Source of the DNA: Nanoarchaeum sp.
Lineage (GTDB): Archaea > Nanobdellota > Nanobdellia > SCGC-AAA011-G17 > PNOQ01
Length of the DNA stretch: 57,990 bases
Direction of reading: 5' to 3'
Assembly (NCBI GenBank): GCA_013824915.1
Contig: PNOQ01000012.1
Span: 1-57,990, forward strand
Made by a program: the position numbers and the translations under genes. Position 1 is the stretch's first letter; the number at the start of each line of letters is the position of its first letter. Shown piece by piece: positions 44,132 through 53,027 of this stretch. A model generated the notes under the pieces. That model was not told where the DNA came from. It saw only the letters and a program-made list of their open reading frames with translations, and did not search any database.

Positions 44132-45076
44132 TTAGAAAACATGATTAACTAAAAATTCTATGATCAAAGATACAATATAAAATAATAATAAATAAATCCC
44201 TTCTTTTTTAGTCAAAACTTTGCCCGACTTTACAAACCATATAGAAAGGAGCCCAGCCAAAAACATCATAGTTCCAGTTACATAAATAATCATAGGATTA
44301 AAACTAAATGGATTTATTAAAGCAAGTATCCCTATCAAAATAGTAGCATCTGTAATAACGGTTCCTAAAATATCTCCCAATGCTAACTCTTCGTGCTTGG
44401 TTTTTACAGCCCTTAAGGAAAATATTAATTCAGGCAAACATGTCCCAATAGCTACTATTGTTAATGCAATTAAAAATGGAGGTATTTTAACATCATTTGC
44501 AAAATCAACACCAAATTTAACAGTATAATACGCTCCACCAATCAAAAATGCTAAACTCAATACAAGTAATCCTAAATTTTTTAACCATTTCTTATTTTTA
44601 ATTTTTTTAGTATGCTTCTTGAACATCTTGCTTTCAAAAGACAATGTAACAAAAAATACAATTCCACTTAAAACTAATAAAATTCCTTCAAGTCTTGAAA
44701 AATGACCATCAAAACCCAAAACAATAGGAACTAAAAGTAAAACTAAATATAAAAGATTATTTTTTAATATTTCACTTTTTACAGTTATTCCTTTTATTGA
44801 AAACAAAGCAACTATACCAAATACTAAAGATAAATCCGCTACATTAGATCCTAATAATGTTCCTAGCCCAAATTCGGGAATTCCTTGTATTGCTGAAACA
44901 ATAGAAACCGTAGCTTCTGGAAATACTGATATTACTGAAATAATAAAAAAGCTAACAATAAACTCAGAAATATGAAACGCCCTAGCAACTTTTGAAGAAT
45001 AATTTACTGCATGCTCTGCGCTTTTTATTAATACAAACAAAGATACAAAGAACAATATAAGATTTATAACCAACAT
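44132..45076 (-). CDS. Ca2+/cation antiporter (CaCA/YrbG family)
   Basis: Two alpha-repeat motifs are present (GTLLGSNVADLSLVFG and GTCLPELIFSL ... GDILGTVITDATIL). About 10 TM helices. Confidence 0.85.
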   Translation of the reverse strand: MLVINLILFFVSLFVLIKSAEHAVNYSSKVARAFHISEFIVSFFIISVISVFPEATVSIVSAIQGIPEFGLGTLLGSNVADLSLVFGIVALFSIKGITVKSEILKNNLLYLVLLLVPIVLGFDGHFSRLEGILLVLSGIVFFVTLSFESKMFKKHTKKIKNKKWLKNLGLLVLSLAFLIGGAYYTVKFGVDFANDVKIPPFLIALTIVAIGTCLPELIFSLRAVKTKHEELALGDILGTVITDATILIGILALINPFSFNPMIIYVTGTMMFLAGLLSIWFVKSGKVLTKKEGIYLLLFYIVSLIIEFLVNHVF

Positions 45077-45164
45077 AATCTTTTTTCGTAAATTCTATTT
45101 ATAAATTATGCGAATTTATATGTTAATTCAACACTTTTAAATAGTCTAATTCTAATACAAAAAC

Positions 45165-45533
45165 ATGAAAAAAGAAGTCACAAAATTCATTTATTGGACA
45201 CCAAGAATTTTATCTATACTATTCATATTTTTTTTAGCATTAATGTCATTAGACGTTTTTTCTCCCGAATTAACCTTTTGGCAGACACTATTAGCATTGC
45301 TTATGCATAACATTCCAACAATTATTTTGTTAGTAGCCTTATTAATATTTTGGAAATACGAAATAGTTGGAGCAATAGCTTTTATTTTAGCAGGACTAAT
45401 TTATATTATACTTTTAATGAGAAATCCATTTGAATGGTACTATTTAGCGTGGGCCATACAAATTTCAGGCATAGCTTTCGTCATAGGAATCTTATTTTTT
45501 ATTAACTGGTCTAGAAAGAAAAAAGAGGCATAA
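45165..45533 (+). CDS. 4-TM membrane protein, unknown function
   Basis: The hydrophobicity pattern supports it. A TATA-like TTTTAAATA lies about 30 nt upstream. Confidence 0.5.
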   Translation: MKKEVTKFIYWTPRILSILFIFFLALMSLDVFSPELTFWQTLLALLMHNIPTIILLVALLIFWKYEIVGAIAFILAGLIYIILLMRNPFEWYYLAWAIQISGIAFVIGILFFINWSRKKKEA

Positions 45534-45538
45534 TAACC

Positions 45539-45546
45539 TTTATATA
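45539..45546 (+). promoter_or_regulatory. TATA-box-like element (TTTATATA)
   Basis: Lies 29 nt upstream of the ATG at 45568. Confidence 0.5.
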
Positions 45547-45567
45547 TAGTATTAAATTTCACTTTTT

Positions 45568-45897
45568 ATGACAGAAGTAGTAAATATAAAATCTTTTCAA
45601 TTAAGAGAAGAAATATATCAGGTTGCCCTGGATAGATGGGGTGATGAAAATTTAGCTAAAACAGTTTCTGATAATTTCCATAATAGTGGTTTACATTTGA
45701 TTATTGAAAGCACAGTAAATGTAAAAGTATCAGATTCACTAGATGTTTACACTCGTTTAGGAAAAATTAAAGGTGTTGTGGCCGGTTTAGAAGAGAACAT
45801 TAAATTAGCTCGAGCAGACAAAAATAGCTGTGCAGTCTATGTTGCTACAAATGAACCTAATGGTGCAACGATAATTACTATAAGGTACAACGATTAA
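45568..45897 (+). CDS. hypothetical 109-aa soluble protein
   Basis: An ORF with a correctly spaced promoter. No motif recognised. Confidence 0.45.
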   Translation: MTEVVNIKSFQLREEIYQVALDRWGDENLAKTVSDNFHNSGLHLIIESTVNVKVSDSLDVYTRLGKIKGVVAGLEENIKLARADKNSCAVYVATNEPNGATIITIRYND

Positions 45898-45951
45898 ATA
45901 GTTTATTCTTTGAATTATAGCATAAACAACAAAACTTTCCTAAGAGTTAAA

Positions 45952-45959
45952 TTTATATA
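45952..45959 (+). promoter_or_regulatory. TATA-box-like element (TTTATATA)
   Basis: Lies 30 nt upstream of the ATG at 45982. Confidence 0.5.
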
Positions 45960-45981
45960 TCTCTACTTTAAATAATTCGTT

Positions 45982-46896
45982 ATGATAGAGAAGTTCAAAG
46001 TTTTAAATAATAAATTCAAAGAAGTTAAAGATTACGCTCAAGCAGATTGGATAAATGTAGTAACTCCAACCGATGAAGAAATCACAGAGTTAAATAATAA
46101 ATTCAATTTAACCGAACTTTCAATAAAATCTTTAAATGATATAGAAGAAATTCCAATAGTTGAAAAAGAAGATGGAGTAATATTCTTGATTTCTAAAATA
46201 CCGACAAAACAAGAATTAGGTTTAGAATATTCTACCGTGCCATTAGGAATTATTTTAACAAAACAAAAAATAATCACTGTATGTTTCTTCAAAAATGAGT
46301 TAATAAATTCAATTAAAGAACAAAAACTTACGTTTTCTACAACAAGATTTCTATTAAACTTACTCCTTAAATCATCTAGATTATATCTAAATTACTTAAA
46401 AGAAATTAATCGTAAAATAAACAAAATAGAACAAGAGCTTGAGAAATCTCAAAAAAATCAAGAATTAATGAATCTTTTAGATATCGAGAAATCTTTAGTT
46501 TACTTTGCAACATCATTAAGGTCTGGCCATCTTTTATTAGTCAAAATATCTAGAATGAAAGAGATAGTTAAATCAGAAGATGATGACGAACTAATTGGAG
46601 ATGCAATAGATGAAAATAATCAGGCCATAGAAACAACAAATATATACTCTAATATTTTAAATAATTCTAGAAACGCTTATTCTTCTGTAATTGCAAATAA
46701 TCTAAACTTAGTTATGAAGTTTTTAGCTGCCATAACAATAATAATTTCACTTCCCCTTTTAGTAGCAAGTATTTATGGTATGAATATTGCTCTGCCATTC
46801 CAAAATTTACCAAATGCATTTTGGATAGTAATGATAATTTCTGCAGTTTTATCTTTTGTAGGTGCATTTCTTTTCTGGAGATATAAACTATTCTAA
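45982..46896 (+). CDS. corA: CorA-family Mg2+/Co2+ transporter
   Basis: A YGMN signature (ASIYGMNIALPF) lies between two C-terminal TM helices. The N-terminal part is a cytoplasmic domain. Confidence 0.85.
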   Translation: MIEKFKVLNNKFKEVKDYAQADWINVVTPTDEEITELNNKFNLTELSIKSLNDIEEIPIVEKEDGVIFLISKIPTKQELGLEYSTVPLGIILTKQKIITVCFFKNELINSIKEQKLTFSTTRFLLNLLLKSSRLYLNYLKEINRKINKIEQELEKSQKNQELMNLLDIEKSLVYFATSLRSGHLLLVKISRMKEIVKSEDDDELIGDAIDENNQAIETTNIYSNILNNSRNAYSSVIANNLNLVMKFLAAITIIISLPLLVASIYGMNIALPFQNLPNAFWIVMIISAVLSFVGAFLFWRYKLF

Positions 46897-46953
46897 TGTT
46901 CTTGTAGAACATAATATCATAACTAATAAAAAGAACGAAATTAAAAAGAATGT

Positions 46954-47322
46954 ATGTCGCCAGAAGATAATTTAAGACAACCGGAAATTCATGAGAAAGG
47001 CTGGGGTCGAGAGTTATGGTTAGCTAATTCTAATTTATATTGTGGAAAAATACTAGAATTGAAAAAAGGGAAAAAGTGTAGCATTCATTTTCACAAAATC
47101 AAGTTTGAAACGTTTTATATTTTAGAAGGCTTAGTTGAAATGCGTTTGTACTATCAAGGTTATCCAGGAGAACCAACAATATTAGAAATGCAAGAAGGAG
47201 ATACAATAGACATACCTAGACATTTACCTCATCAATTTTATGGTCTAGAAGATAGTAGAATTTTAGAAATTTCAACTCAACACTTCGAAGAAGATAGTCA
47301 CAGATATGTTAAAGGAGATTAA
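46954..47322 (+). CDS. cupin-domain protein (phosphomannose-isomerase-type cupin)
   Basis: Motifs KGWGRELWLA ... CSIHFHKIKFETFYILEG ... PHQF are present. Confidence 0.7.
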   Translation: MSPEDNLRQPEIHEKGWGRELWLANSNLYCGKILELKKGKKCSIHFHKIKFETFYILEGLVEMRLYYQGYPGEPTILEMQEGDTIDIPRHLPHQFYGLEDSRILEISTQHFEEDSHRYVKGD

Positions 47323-48254
47323 ACTAATCCTTCTTTACTCAATTCTTCTAGCACTGCAATCATAACTAATGGAAAAGTTATAGAAACATCTCCTATGACA
47401 GTTACAGCATCAGAATTATCTTTAATTTTTCCCCAGCTTTTTGCTTCGTTCGTTGTAGCTCCAGACATACTTCCACTAGTGTGACTTGCAGTAGTCATAT
47501 ACACAGCATAATCTAGCCCACCATTTAACAAACAAGCTAAAATTGCATGATGTTTACTAATACTTCCACCTAACGAAATTAAACCTTTTTTCTCATCTTG
47601 TGAAGTAGACAATAATATATTTTGAAAATCTTTTACAACATCTACCATAAAATCAGGATTATTTTGTTGAAACATAAATAAATGAAATCCAAATGCACCA
47701 TCAGTTACAGCTGGGCAAAATATTGGTACTTCATTTTTAGCAGCTTGATATAAAATTGAGTTTTCATCTTCTAAACTCAATCCAATCTCTTTAAACATTT
47801 CTGAAGGTGCCCACCTATGTTTTTTACTATATAACTTTTTAATAATAGGACTCATTAAATCTTCAAACTTAGAATAACTTTCGTTTTTAATAAATAAATT
47901 TCCAACTCTATTAATTCCTTTTTCATGTAACTCAATATCATCACTATCAAAGCCACCAATAACAAATTCTTCACCATGTGCTTTCATAATATCTTCTTCA
48001 ATTCCGCCTATAGTTGTAACAATAACATCAACAAGTTTTAATTTTATTAACTGAGCAAAAAATCCCCTTAATCCGGAAGTAACCATATTAGATGTAAAAG
48101 TAATATAAATTTTACAACCATCTTTTTTCATTTTGATAATTGTTTCTTTAGCTTTTTTTAATTCAACACTTTGGAATCCAACTTTACCCATACTAGTAAC
48201 TAACTCATCTACCTTCATTCCTTTCTTCCAGTGTAAATCCTTAACAAATTCCAT
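47319..48254 (-). CDS. dys: deoxyhypusine synthase
   Basis: The length and motifs (ITFTSNMVTSGLR, VTTIGGIEEDI, GGSISKHH, conserved active-site Lys region NEAKSWGKI) fit the family. Confidence 0.9.
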   Translation of the reverse strand: MEFVKDLHWKKGMKVDELVTSMGKVGFQSVELKKAKETIIKMKKDGCKIYITFTSNMVTSGLRGFFAQLIKLKLVDVIVTTIGGIEEDIMKAHGEEFVIGGFDSDDIELHEKGINRVGNLFIKNESYSKFEDLMSPIIKKLYSKKHRWAPSEMFKEIGLSLEDENSILYQAAKNEVPIFCPAVTDGAFGFHLFMFQQNNPDFMVDVVKDFQNILLSTSQDEKKGLISLGGSISKHHAILACLLNGGLDYAVYMTTASHTSGSMSGATTNEAKSWGKIKDNSDAVTVIGDVSITFPLVMIAVLEELSKEGLV

Positions 48255-48285
48255 ATTTTTAGAGTAAAAATAAGGCTTTTAAACC

Positions 48286-49185
48286 TTATGATTTAGCAAA
48301 TTTCTTCATTAATGCAAGATGTGTTATATCATAAGCATCCTCTAATATTCTATTAGCATGTATAATAAAATTAGAAGTGTCAGAATTAATGGCCAAACAA
48401 TTATCGGATTTCTTTCTTATGTCTTCTCTCATCTTTAAAAGTTCAAATACTTTCTTCGGATCAGATTGATAATAAATTTCAAAGGCTTTTCTTAAACCTT
48501 CCCTAGACAAATCAATTATTTCTCTAATCTTTTTATCTTTTACAACACTCGAATTAATATCTGTTCTCCATATTCTCAAAATTTCATCTCCAATTTTTTC
48601 TAGTGCAAAAGAATAAGCAAACATTATTTTTCCATCTGCCGATTTAGAATAATTCATTTTAATTATGGCTCTTTGTAAAAACAAAATAAACTTATTTATT
48701 TCCCCATCTTTATTTTGGATAGTTTCATATTTTTCTTTACTTTGACTAAACATGTTTTCTATTGCAGAATCATAAAAATTGATAATCATTTGAAACGCTC
48801 TCTTGAATATCTCATCTAAATTTTGATAATCTAATCCTCCAACATCTCTTATTACATAATTGTTTCCTTCTTGAGATATGATTACAAAACCAATATCTTG
48901 ATTTAAATTTGGGTAATATCCTTTATCTGATTCTAAATTAATTTCATCAACTCCACTAGCATAAGCAGCATTAATATAAACATACTTTGCTCTAAAAGGA
49001 AACTCAGATATATCCAGTTTTATCGAATTACCAATAACTTTCTTCTTTGATTTTAATATTAAATCCTTCTCATTAAATTCTAATTCTATCTCTTCTCCAG
49101 CTTTTAATCCATTATCTCTTATCCATTCTATTGGTAAAGTTATAGTAATAGCCTGTCCTGCTTGTTTTATTAATTTTCTCTTCAT
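48286..49185 (-). CDS. phoU: AbrB/SpoVT-domain plus PhoU-domain regulator (archaeal PhoU-like)
   Basis: N-terminal KLIKQAGQAITITLPIEWIRDNGLKAGEEIEL is an AbrB-like swapped hairpin. Two PhoU-like helical repeats follow. Confidence 0.75.
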   Translation of the reverse strand: MKRKLIKQAGQAITITLPIEWIRDNGLKAGEEIELEFNEKDLILKSKKKVIGNSIKLDISEFPFRAKYVYINAAYASGVDEINLESDKGYYPNLNQDIGFVIISQEGNNYVIRDVGGLDYQNLDEIFKRAFQMIINFYDSAIENMFSQSKEKYETIQNKDGEINKFILFLQRAIIKMNYSKSADGKIMFAYSFALEKIGDEILRIWRTDINSSVVKDKKIREIIDLSREGLRKAFEIYYQSDPKKVFELLKMREDIRKKSDNCLAINSDTSNFIIHANRILEDAYDITHLALMKKFAKS

Positions 49186-49250
49186 TTATATCATTTATAT
49201 AAATTATATAGGAAATATATAAATGTTTTCTTTCGTCTTAAATATATAGA

Positions 49251-49502
49251 ATGACAACAGAACAAACAATAAGAGGGTGGCTTGAAGATGGAAAACAAAA
49301 CAAAAGCCTTACACATGTAATAATAGTTTGTGATACATTTGACTGGGAAGATTATCCTGTTTATGTTAATAGCAGTGATGATGTAAGAAAAATTTATGAA
49401 AAGTATGATAGACGAAATATGCAAAAAGTTATGGAAGTATACTCATTAAACAAAAATTTGGAGGAACAATTGGCTGAAACAAGAGCCTTTCACTTTGATT
49501 AA
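49251..49502 (+). CDS. hypothetical 83-aa protein coupled to the PHP gene
   Basis: Protein-like composition (HVIIVCDTFDWEDYPVYV). Its stop lies 1 nt before the PHP ATG. Confidence 0.45.
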   Translation: MTTEQTIRGWLEDGKQNKSLTHVIIVCDTFDWEDYPVYVNSSDDVRKIYEKYDRRNMQKVMEVYSLNKNLEEQLAETRAFHFD

Positions 49503-49503
49503 A

Positions 49504-50313
49504 ATGAAATTTGTCGATTTACACCTTCACACAACCCATTCTGATGGAACTTGCTCACCAAAACAAGTAGTCATAGATGCAGCTTTGATAGGCAGCGAAG
49601 TAATCGCTATAACGGATCACGATAACACAGAAGGATTTCATGAAGCAGAACTAGAATCAAAAAAATGGGGAATAAAAGTTTTAACTGGGACAGAAATAAC
49701 AACCGAAGATTATCATATCTTAGGATATAATTTTGATATAAATAATAAAAATTTTCAAGAGTTATTAAATTATTCAAGAAAATGTCAAGAAGATATAGTC
49801 AAACAAAGAATTGAAGTACTAAACAAACAAGGAATTCCGATAACATTAGAAAAACTAAAAAAATTATTTCCGACATCAAGACTTGGCAAACTAAATATTG
49901 CTGTTGCATTGTTATTAGACCAAGAATGTAAATTAAAAATAGGCAATCTAACACTAGAAGAAGTATTTACTAATTATTTAAGAAATAATCCATTAATGAG
50001 CAAATTAGATAAAACTAAACAAGTTACTCCAGAACAAGCGATTTCTGAGATTCATCAAGCTGGAGGAGTTGCAATACTAGCCCACCCATTTAAGGAAATA
50101 AAAGATACCCAAAAAGAATTAGCTTATCTATTATCTTTAGGTTTAGACGGTTTAGAAATACAACCCAATTATAATGAACAAAATAAAATTTATTTAGACT
50201 ATGCAAAACAGAATAATTTGCTTATGACCTATGGTTCAGACTTTCATGGAGCCAGATATATAAAACGTCCTTTATTAAAAAGAGAAAATAATCATATACC
50301 TCCATTTTGGTAA
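49504..50313 (+). CDS. PHP-domain phosphoesterase (TrpH/YciV-like)
   Basis: Motifs FVDLHLHTTHSDG, AITDHDN, LAHP and GSDFHG are present. The ATG at 49504 is preferred over the TTG at 49495. Confidence 0.85.
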   Translation: MKFVDLHLHTTHSDGTCSPKQVVIDAALIGSEVIAITDHDNTEGFHEAELESKKWGIKVLTGTEITTEDYHILGYNFDINNKNFQELLNYSRKCQEDIVKQRIEVLNKQGIPITLEKLKKLFPTSRLGKLNIAVALLLDQECKLKIGNLTLEEVFTNYLRNNPLMSKLDKTKQVTPEQAISEIHQAGGVAILAHPFKEIKDTQKELAYLLSLGLDGLEIQPNYNEQNKIYLDYAKQNNLLMTYGSDFHGARYIKRPLLKRENNHIPPFW

Positions 50314-50344
50314 GCCTTTTAAGAAGTCATATTTCTTAATTTAG

Positions 50345-51055
50345 CTAAACTTTTCTAAATTCTACAACTGGTTGCTCATCAGAACAATCAATAACCAAAT
50401 AATTTCTATTAAACCAAGAACCAGGGTTAATAGTATATAACTTTCCGGGTTCTAATGTAACTGGTCGTTCACGTATAGGTTTTACTTTTCCATCAGAAAA
50501 ACTAACGCAACTTTTCATATGATCGTGTCCTCTTATCATAATATTATATCCTTTTTCTTCCATAGCTTTGAAATTGGTTCGATGATAATAATCTTTTTCT
50601 AATCTATACCATAAATCTTTTGCTTTTTTTGGGCAACTCAAATAACTGATTAAACTACCTCTTAATCCTCCATGAACAATAATCGTACTATAATCTCCCC
50701 CTAACAATAAATCCTGATAATGATGTGGTCTATCTAACAAATCACGAATATAATTTGAAGCAAGTTCATCACGAAATAATTCTTTATGAAGTTGTAATGA
50801 AGTTTTTCTTTGTTTTTTTAATTCAGGGGACTTGATTTTTCCTCTTTTATATATTTCATAGTCATGGTTTCCAGGCACAACAATAACTTGTTTACCATCT
50901 TGCTCAAGTCTAGCTTGCAAATCCATAAAACTTCTAATAGATCTGACTTGGTCAAAATCTCCCAAACAAATTAATGAATCAATTCCATCATCTACGATAG
51001 GATTAAGTTTTTCTAAAAGTTTTCCGTGTATATCTGAAACAACTAAATATCTCAT
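50345..51055 (-). CDS. calcineurin-like metallophosphoesterase
   Basis: Motifs VVSDIHG, CLGDF, PGNHD, VHGG and RGHDH occur in canonical order. Confidence 0.85.
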   Translation of the reverse strand: MRYLVVSDIHGKLLEKLNPIVDDGIDSLICLGDFDQVRSIRSFMDLQARLEQDGKQVIVVPGNHDYEIYKRGKIKSPELKKQRKTSLQLHKELFRDELASNYIRDLLDRPHHYQDLLLGGDYSTIIVHGGLRGSLISYLSCPKKAKDLWYRLEKDYYHRTNFKAMEEKGYNIMIRGHDHMKSCVSFSDGKVKPIRERPVTLEPGKLYTINPGSWFNRNYLVIDCSDEQPVVEFRKV

Positions 51056-51073
51056 CCAATCTGGAACACAATA

Positions 51074-51604
51074 ATGTTTTTAAATTTTAGTGTATTACAT
51101 AACCTTGTGGAACCAAAAAAAACATATTTAATACAAAGATTAAGACAACCTACGGGCAATGCAATTCTCCCATATTCTTTCGGAGGGAATAGTGGTGGTC
51201 TATCTGATGAAGCTCTAGCAAAACTAACTCCTATCTGGACTTTTGATAACATGGGTTCATCTGGATTCGAATTAGGAGCAGTTCCTCATTCTTTAGATGA
51301 AATAGTAAATTATTCTGTTTCAGGTAATGCCTCAAAAGGTAAAATAATTCTCCAAAAAGATGTGTATTATATTTGTCATGAAGACTTAGCAACGTATGTA
51401 AGAACAACAATACGTCAACTAGCAAGAAATGAATCCAAACTTAAATTAGAATCTTCATGTTTATTAAAACCTAGTTTAGAAAACGATGAATACTGCAAAA
51501 ACATAGTTGGCTGGTTAGAATTAAATAATCATTTCTTATTTTTTACTGATGAAACTATGTACAGAAGATCATTAGAAATGTTAGGATTAAAAACTATAAA
51601 ATAA
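51074..51604 (+). CDS. hypothetical 176-aa protein coupled to the PurM-like gene
   Basis: Its stop lies 1 nt before the PurM-like ATG. No recognised motif. The region FGGNSGGLSDEALAKL...MGSSGFELGAVP looks conserved. Confidence 0.5.
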   Translation: MFLNFSVLHNLVEPKKTYLIQRLRQPTGNAILPYSFGGNSGGLSDEALAKLTPIWTFDNMGSSGFELGAVPHSLDEIVNYSVSGNASKGKIILQKDVYYICHEDLATYVRTTIRQLARNESKLKLESSCLLKPSLENDEYCKNIVGWLELNNHFLFFTDETMYRRSLEMLGLKTIK

Positions 51605-51605
51605 A

Positions 51606-52700
51606 ATGGAAAGCCAAAAAAGAAATATATCCACTTTGCTTTTCGAAGCAGCTAAAACTACTTGGGAACATAGAAAAGGTAATATTGGCGAAATTTTCTC
51701 TCCTAATGATAATTTTTCAGGTTTAAGATATGTAAAAATTGATAATTTACCAACTGGTACAATTCTAAGTTCAAATTCTGATGGTATCGGAACAAAAATA
51801 GAAATTTCTGAAAGACTAGAAGATTTTACAACAATAGCTTACGATTTATTTGCAATGGTATGTGATGATACCGTTTCAAAAGGATTAGAACCAATTATTA
51901 TTAATACAGTATTAGATGTTAATACTTTAAATTTACATGAACAACAAGTTTCACAATTAATTCAAGGTTATACGAATGCAGCATTAGATTCAAACGTAGC
52001 TATAATAAATGGCGAAACTGCAGAATTAGGTTCAAGAGTTTATGGTTATGGTCCGTTTAATTGCAACTGGTCTGCAACAGCGATAGGTATAGGAAATATA
52101 CGAAGAGCAATAACTTGTCAAGATATTAGACCAAATCAATATTTAGTTGGTCTTAAAGAAAAATGTTTTAGATCAAACGGTTTAACACTAGCAAGACAAA
52201 CTTTAGAATTTGCACTTGGAGAAGAATGGCATAATATAACTTTCAATAATTCAACATTAGGTAGACTAGCTTTAACTCCTTCAACAATTTACACTGAAGC
52301 AATAGTAGATTTATTTGGTGGATGGAATTTAGAAAGAGAACAAAAAGCAAAATTACTTGGTGTAGCACATATTACTGGTGGAAGTATTCCTGAAAAACTT
52401 GGAAGAGTTTTAAGAGTAAAAGGATATGGTGCAAAAATAGACGACCCATTTGAACCATCTGAAATAATGAAAGAATGCCAAAGATTAGGAAGAATTTCGG
52501 ATGAAAAAGCATATTCAAATTGGAACATGGGACAAGGAATGATATTAATTACAGAAGAACCAGAAAAAGTTATGCAAGTATTATCTACTCACAGTATAGA
52601 ATCTAAAGTTATTGGTAAAACTACCTATAACAATGAAATTAGGATAAAAAGCAAAGGGTATTACTCAAGAAATTCATTCTTATCTTACCCTCCTAAATAA
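51606..52700 (+). CDS. PurM-like (AIR-synthase-related) ATP-grasping enzyme
   Basis: The PurM N-domain signature SDGIGTKIEI (compare DGVGTK) is present, along with AYDLFAMVCDD and INGETAEL. A C-terminal PurM-like domain follows. Confidence 0.8.
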   Translation: MESQKRNISTLLFEAAKTTWEHRKGNIGEIFSPNDNFSGLRYVKIDNLPTGTILSSNSDGIGTKIEISERLEDFTTIAYDLFAMVCDDTVSKGLEPIIINTVLDVNTLNLHEQQVSQLIQGYTNAALDSNVAIINGETAELGSRVYGYGPFNCNWSATAIGIGNIRRAITCQDIRPNQYLVGLKEKCFRSNGLTLARQTLEFALGEEWHNITFNNSTLGRLALTPSTIYTEAIVDLFGGWNLEREQKAKLLGVAHITGGSIPEKLGRVLRVKGYGAKIDDPFEPSEIMKECQRLGRISDEKAYSNWNMGQGMILITEEPEKVMQVLSTHSIESKVIGKTTYNNEIRIKSKGYYSRNSFLSYPPK

Positions 52701-52766
52701 AAAGCTTTAAATAACGTTAATTCTAAATATCACAGAGCTCACGCTCAAAAAAAGGAGGTCGTTTAA

Positions 52767-52964
52767 ATGGCAAATAAAAGCGTATTAGACTGGATAGCAT
52801 TAGTTCTAGTCATTATAGGTGGCCTAAATTGGGGATTAGTCGGTTTATTCAAGTTCGACTTAGTACAAGCAATTTTAGGTTCAGTAACAATTGTTAGAGA
52901 TATAGTTTATATTCTTGTAGGATTATCAGCAATATACATGATATTCTACTTAAATAAGAAATAA
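52767..52964 (+). CDS. DUF378-family small membrane protein
   Basis: Motif DWIALVLVIIGGLNWGLVGLFKFDLV. A strong SD (AAGGAGGT) lies 7 nt upstream. Confidence 0.7.
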   Translation: MANKSVLDWIALVLVIIGGLNWGLVGLFKFDLVQAILGSVTIVRDIVYILVGLSAIYMIFYLNKK

Positions 52965-52974
52965 ATTTAATCTC

Positions 52975-52998
52975 TTTTTTTCTTTTTTTTCTTTTTCT
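52975..52998 (+). terminator. oligo-T tract (archaeal-type terminator candidate) between convergent genes
   Basis: Runs of T6, T8 and T5 lie directly after the DUF378 stop. Confidence 0.4.
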
Positions 52999-53027
52999 AA
53001 CAACTTCTTCCCAAGATAAAAGTATTC

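Noticed and set aside
49191-49424. Minus-strand 77-aa ORF overlapping the 83-aa plus-strand ORF.
   Set aside because: Its translation is an Ile/Phe/Tyr/Cys-rich low-complexity string. The plus-strand ORF has balanced composition and is coupled (1-nt gap) to the PHP gene.
52999-53020. The 22-mer aacaacttcttcccaagataaa, just downstream of the TrmB gene, matches 54449-54470 (aacagcttctttccaagataaa, the 3' end of the HAD gene) at 20 of 22 positions. Both copies follow T-rich tracts. I considered att-like direct repeats flanking a 1.45-kb insertion.
   Set aside because: A rough estimate for this window size and AT-biased composition predicts several such 20/22 matches by chance. Similarity decays quickly outside the core. 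No integrase or other mobile-element gene lies between the copies. A whole-genome repeat search or comparison with relatives lacking the segment would be needed to revive the idea.
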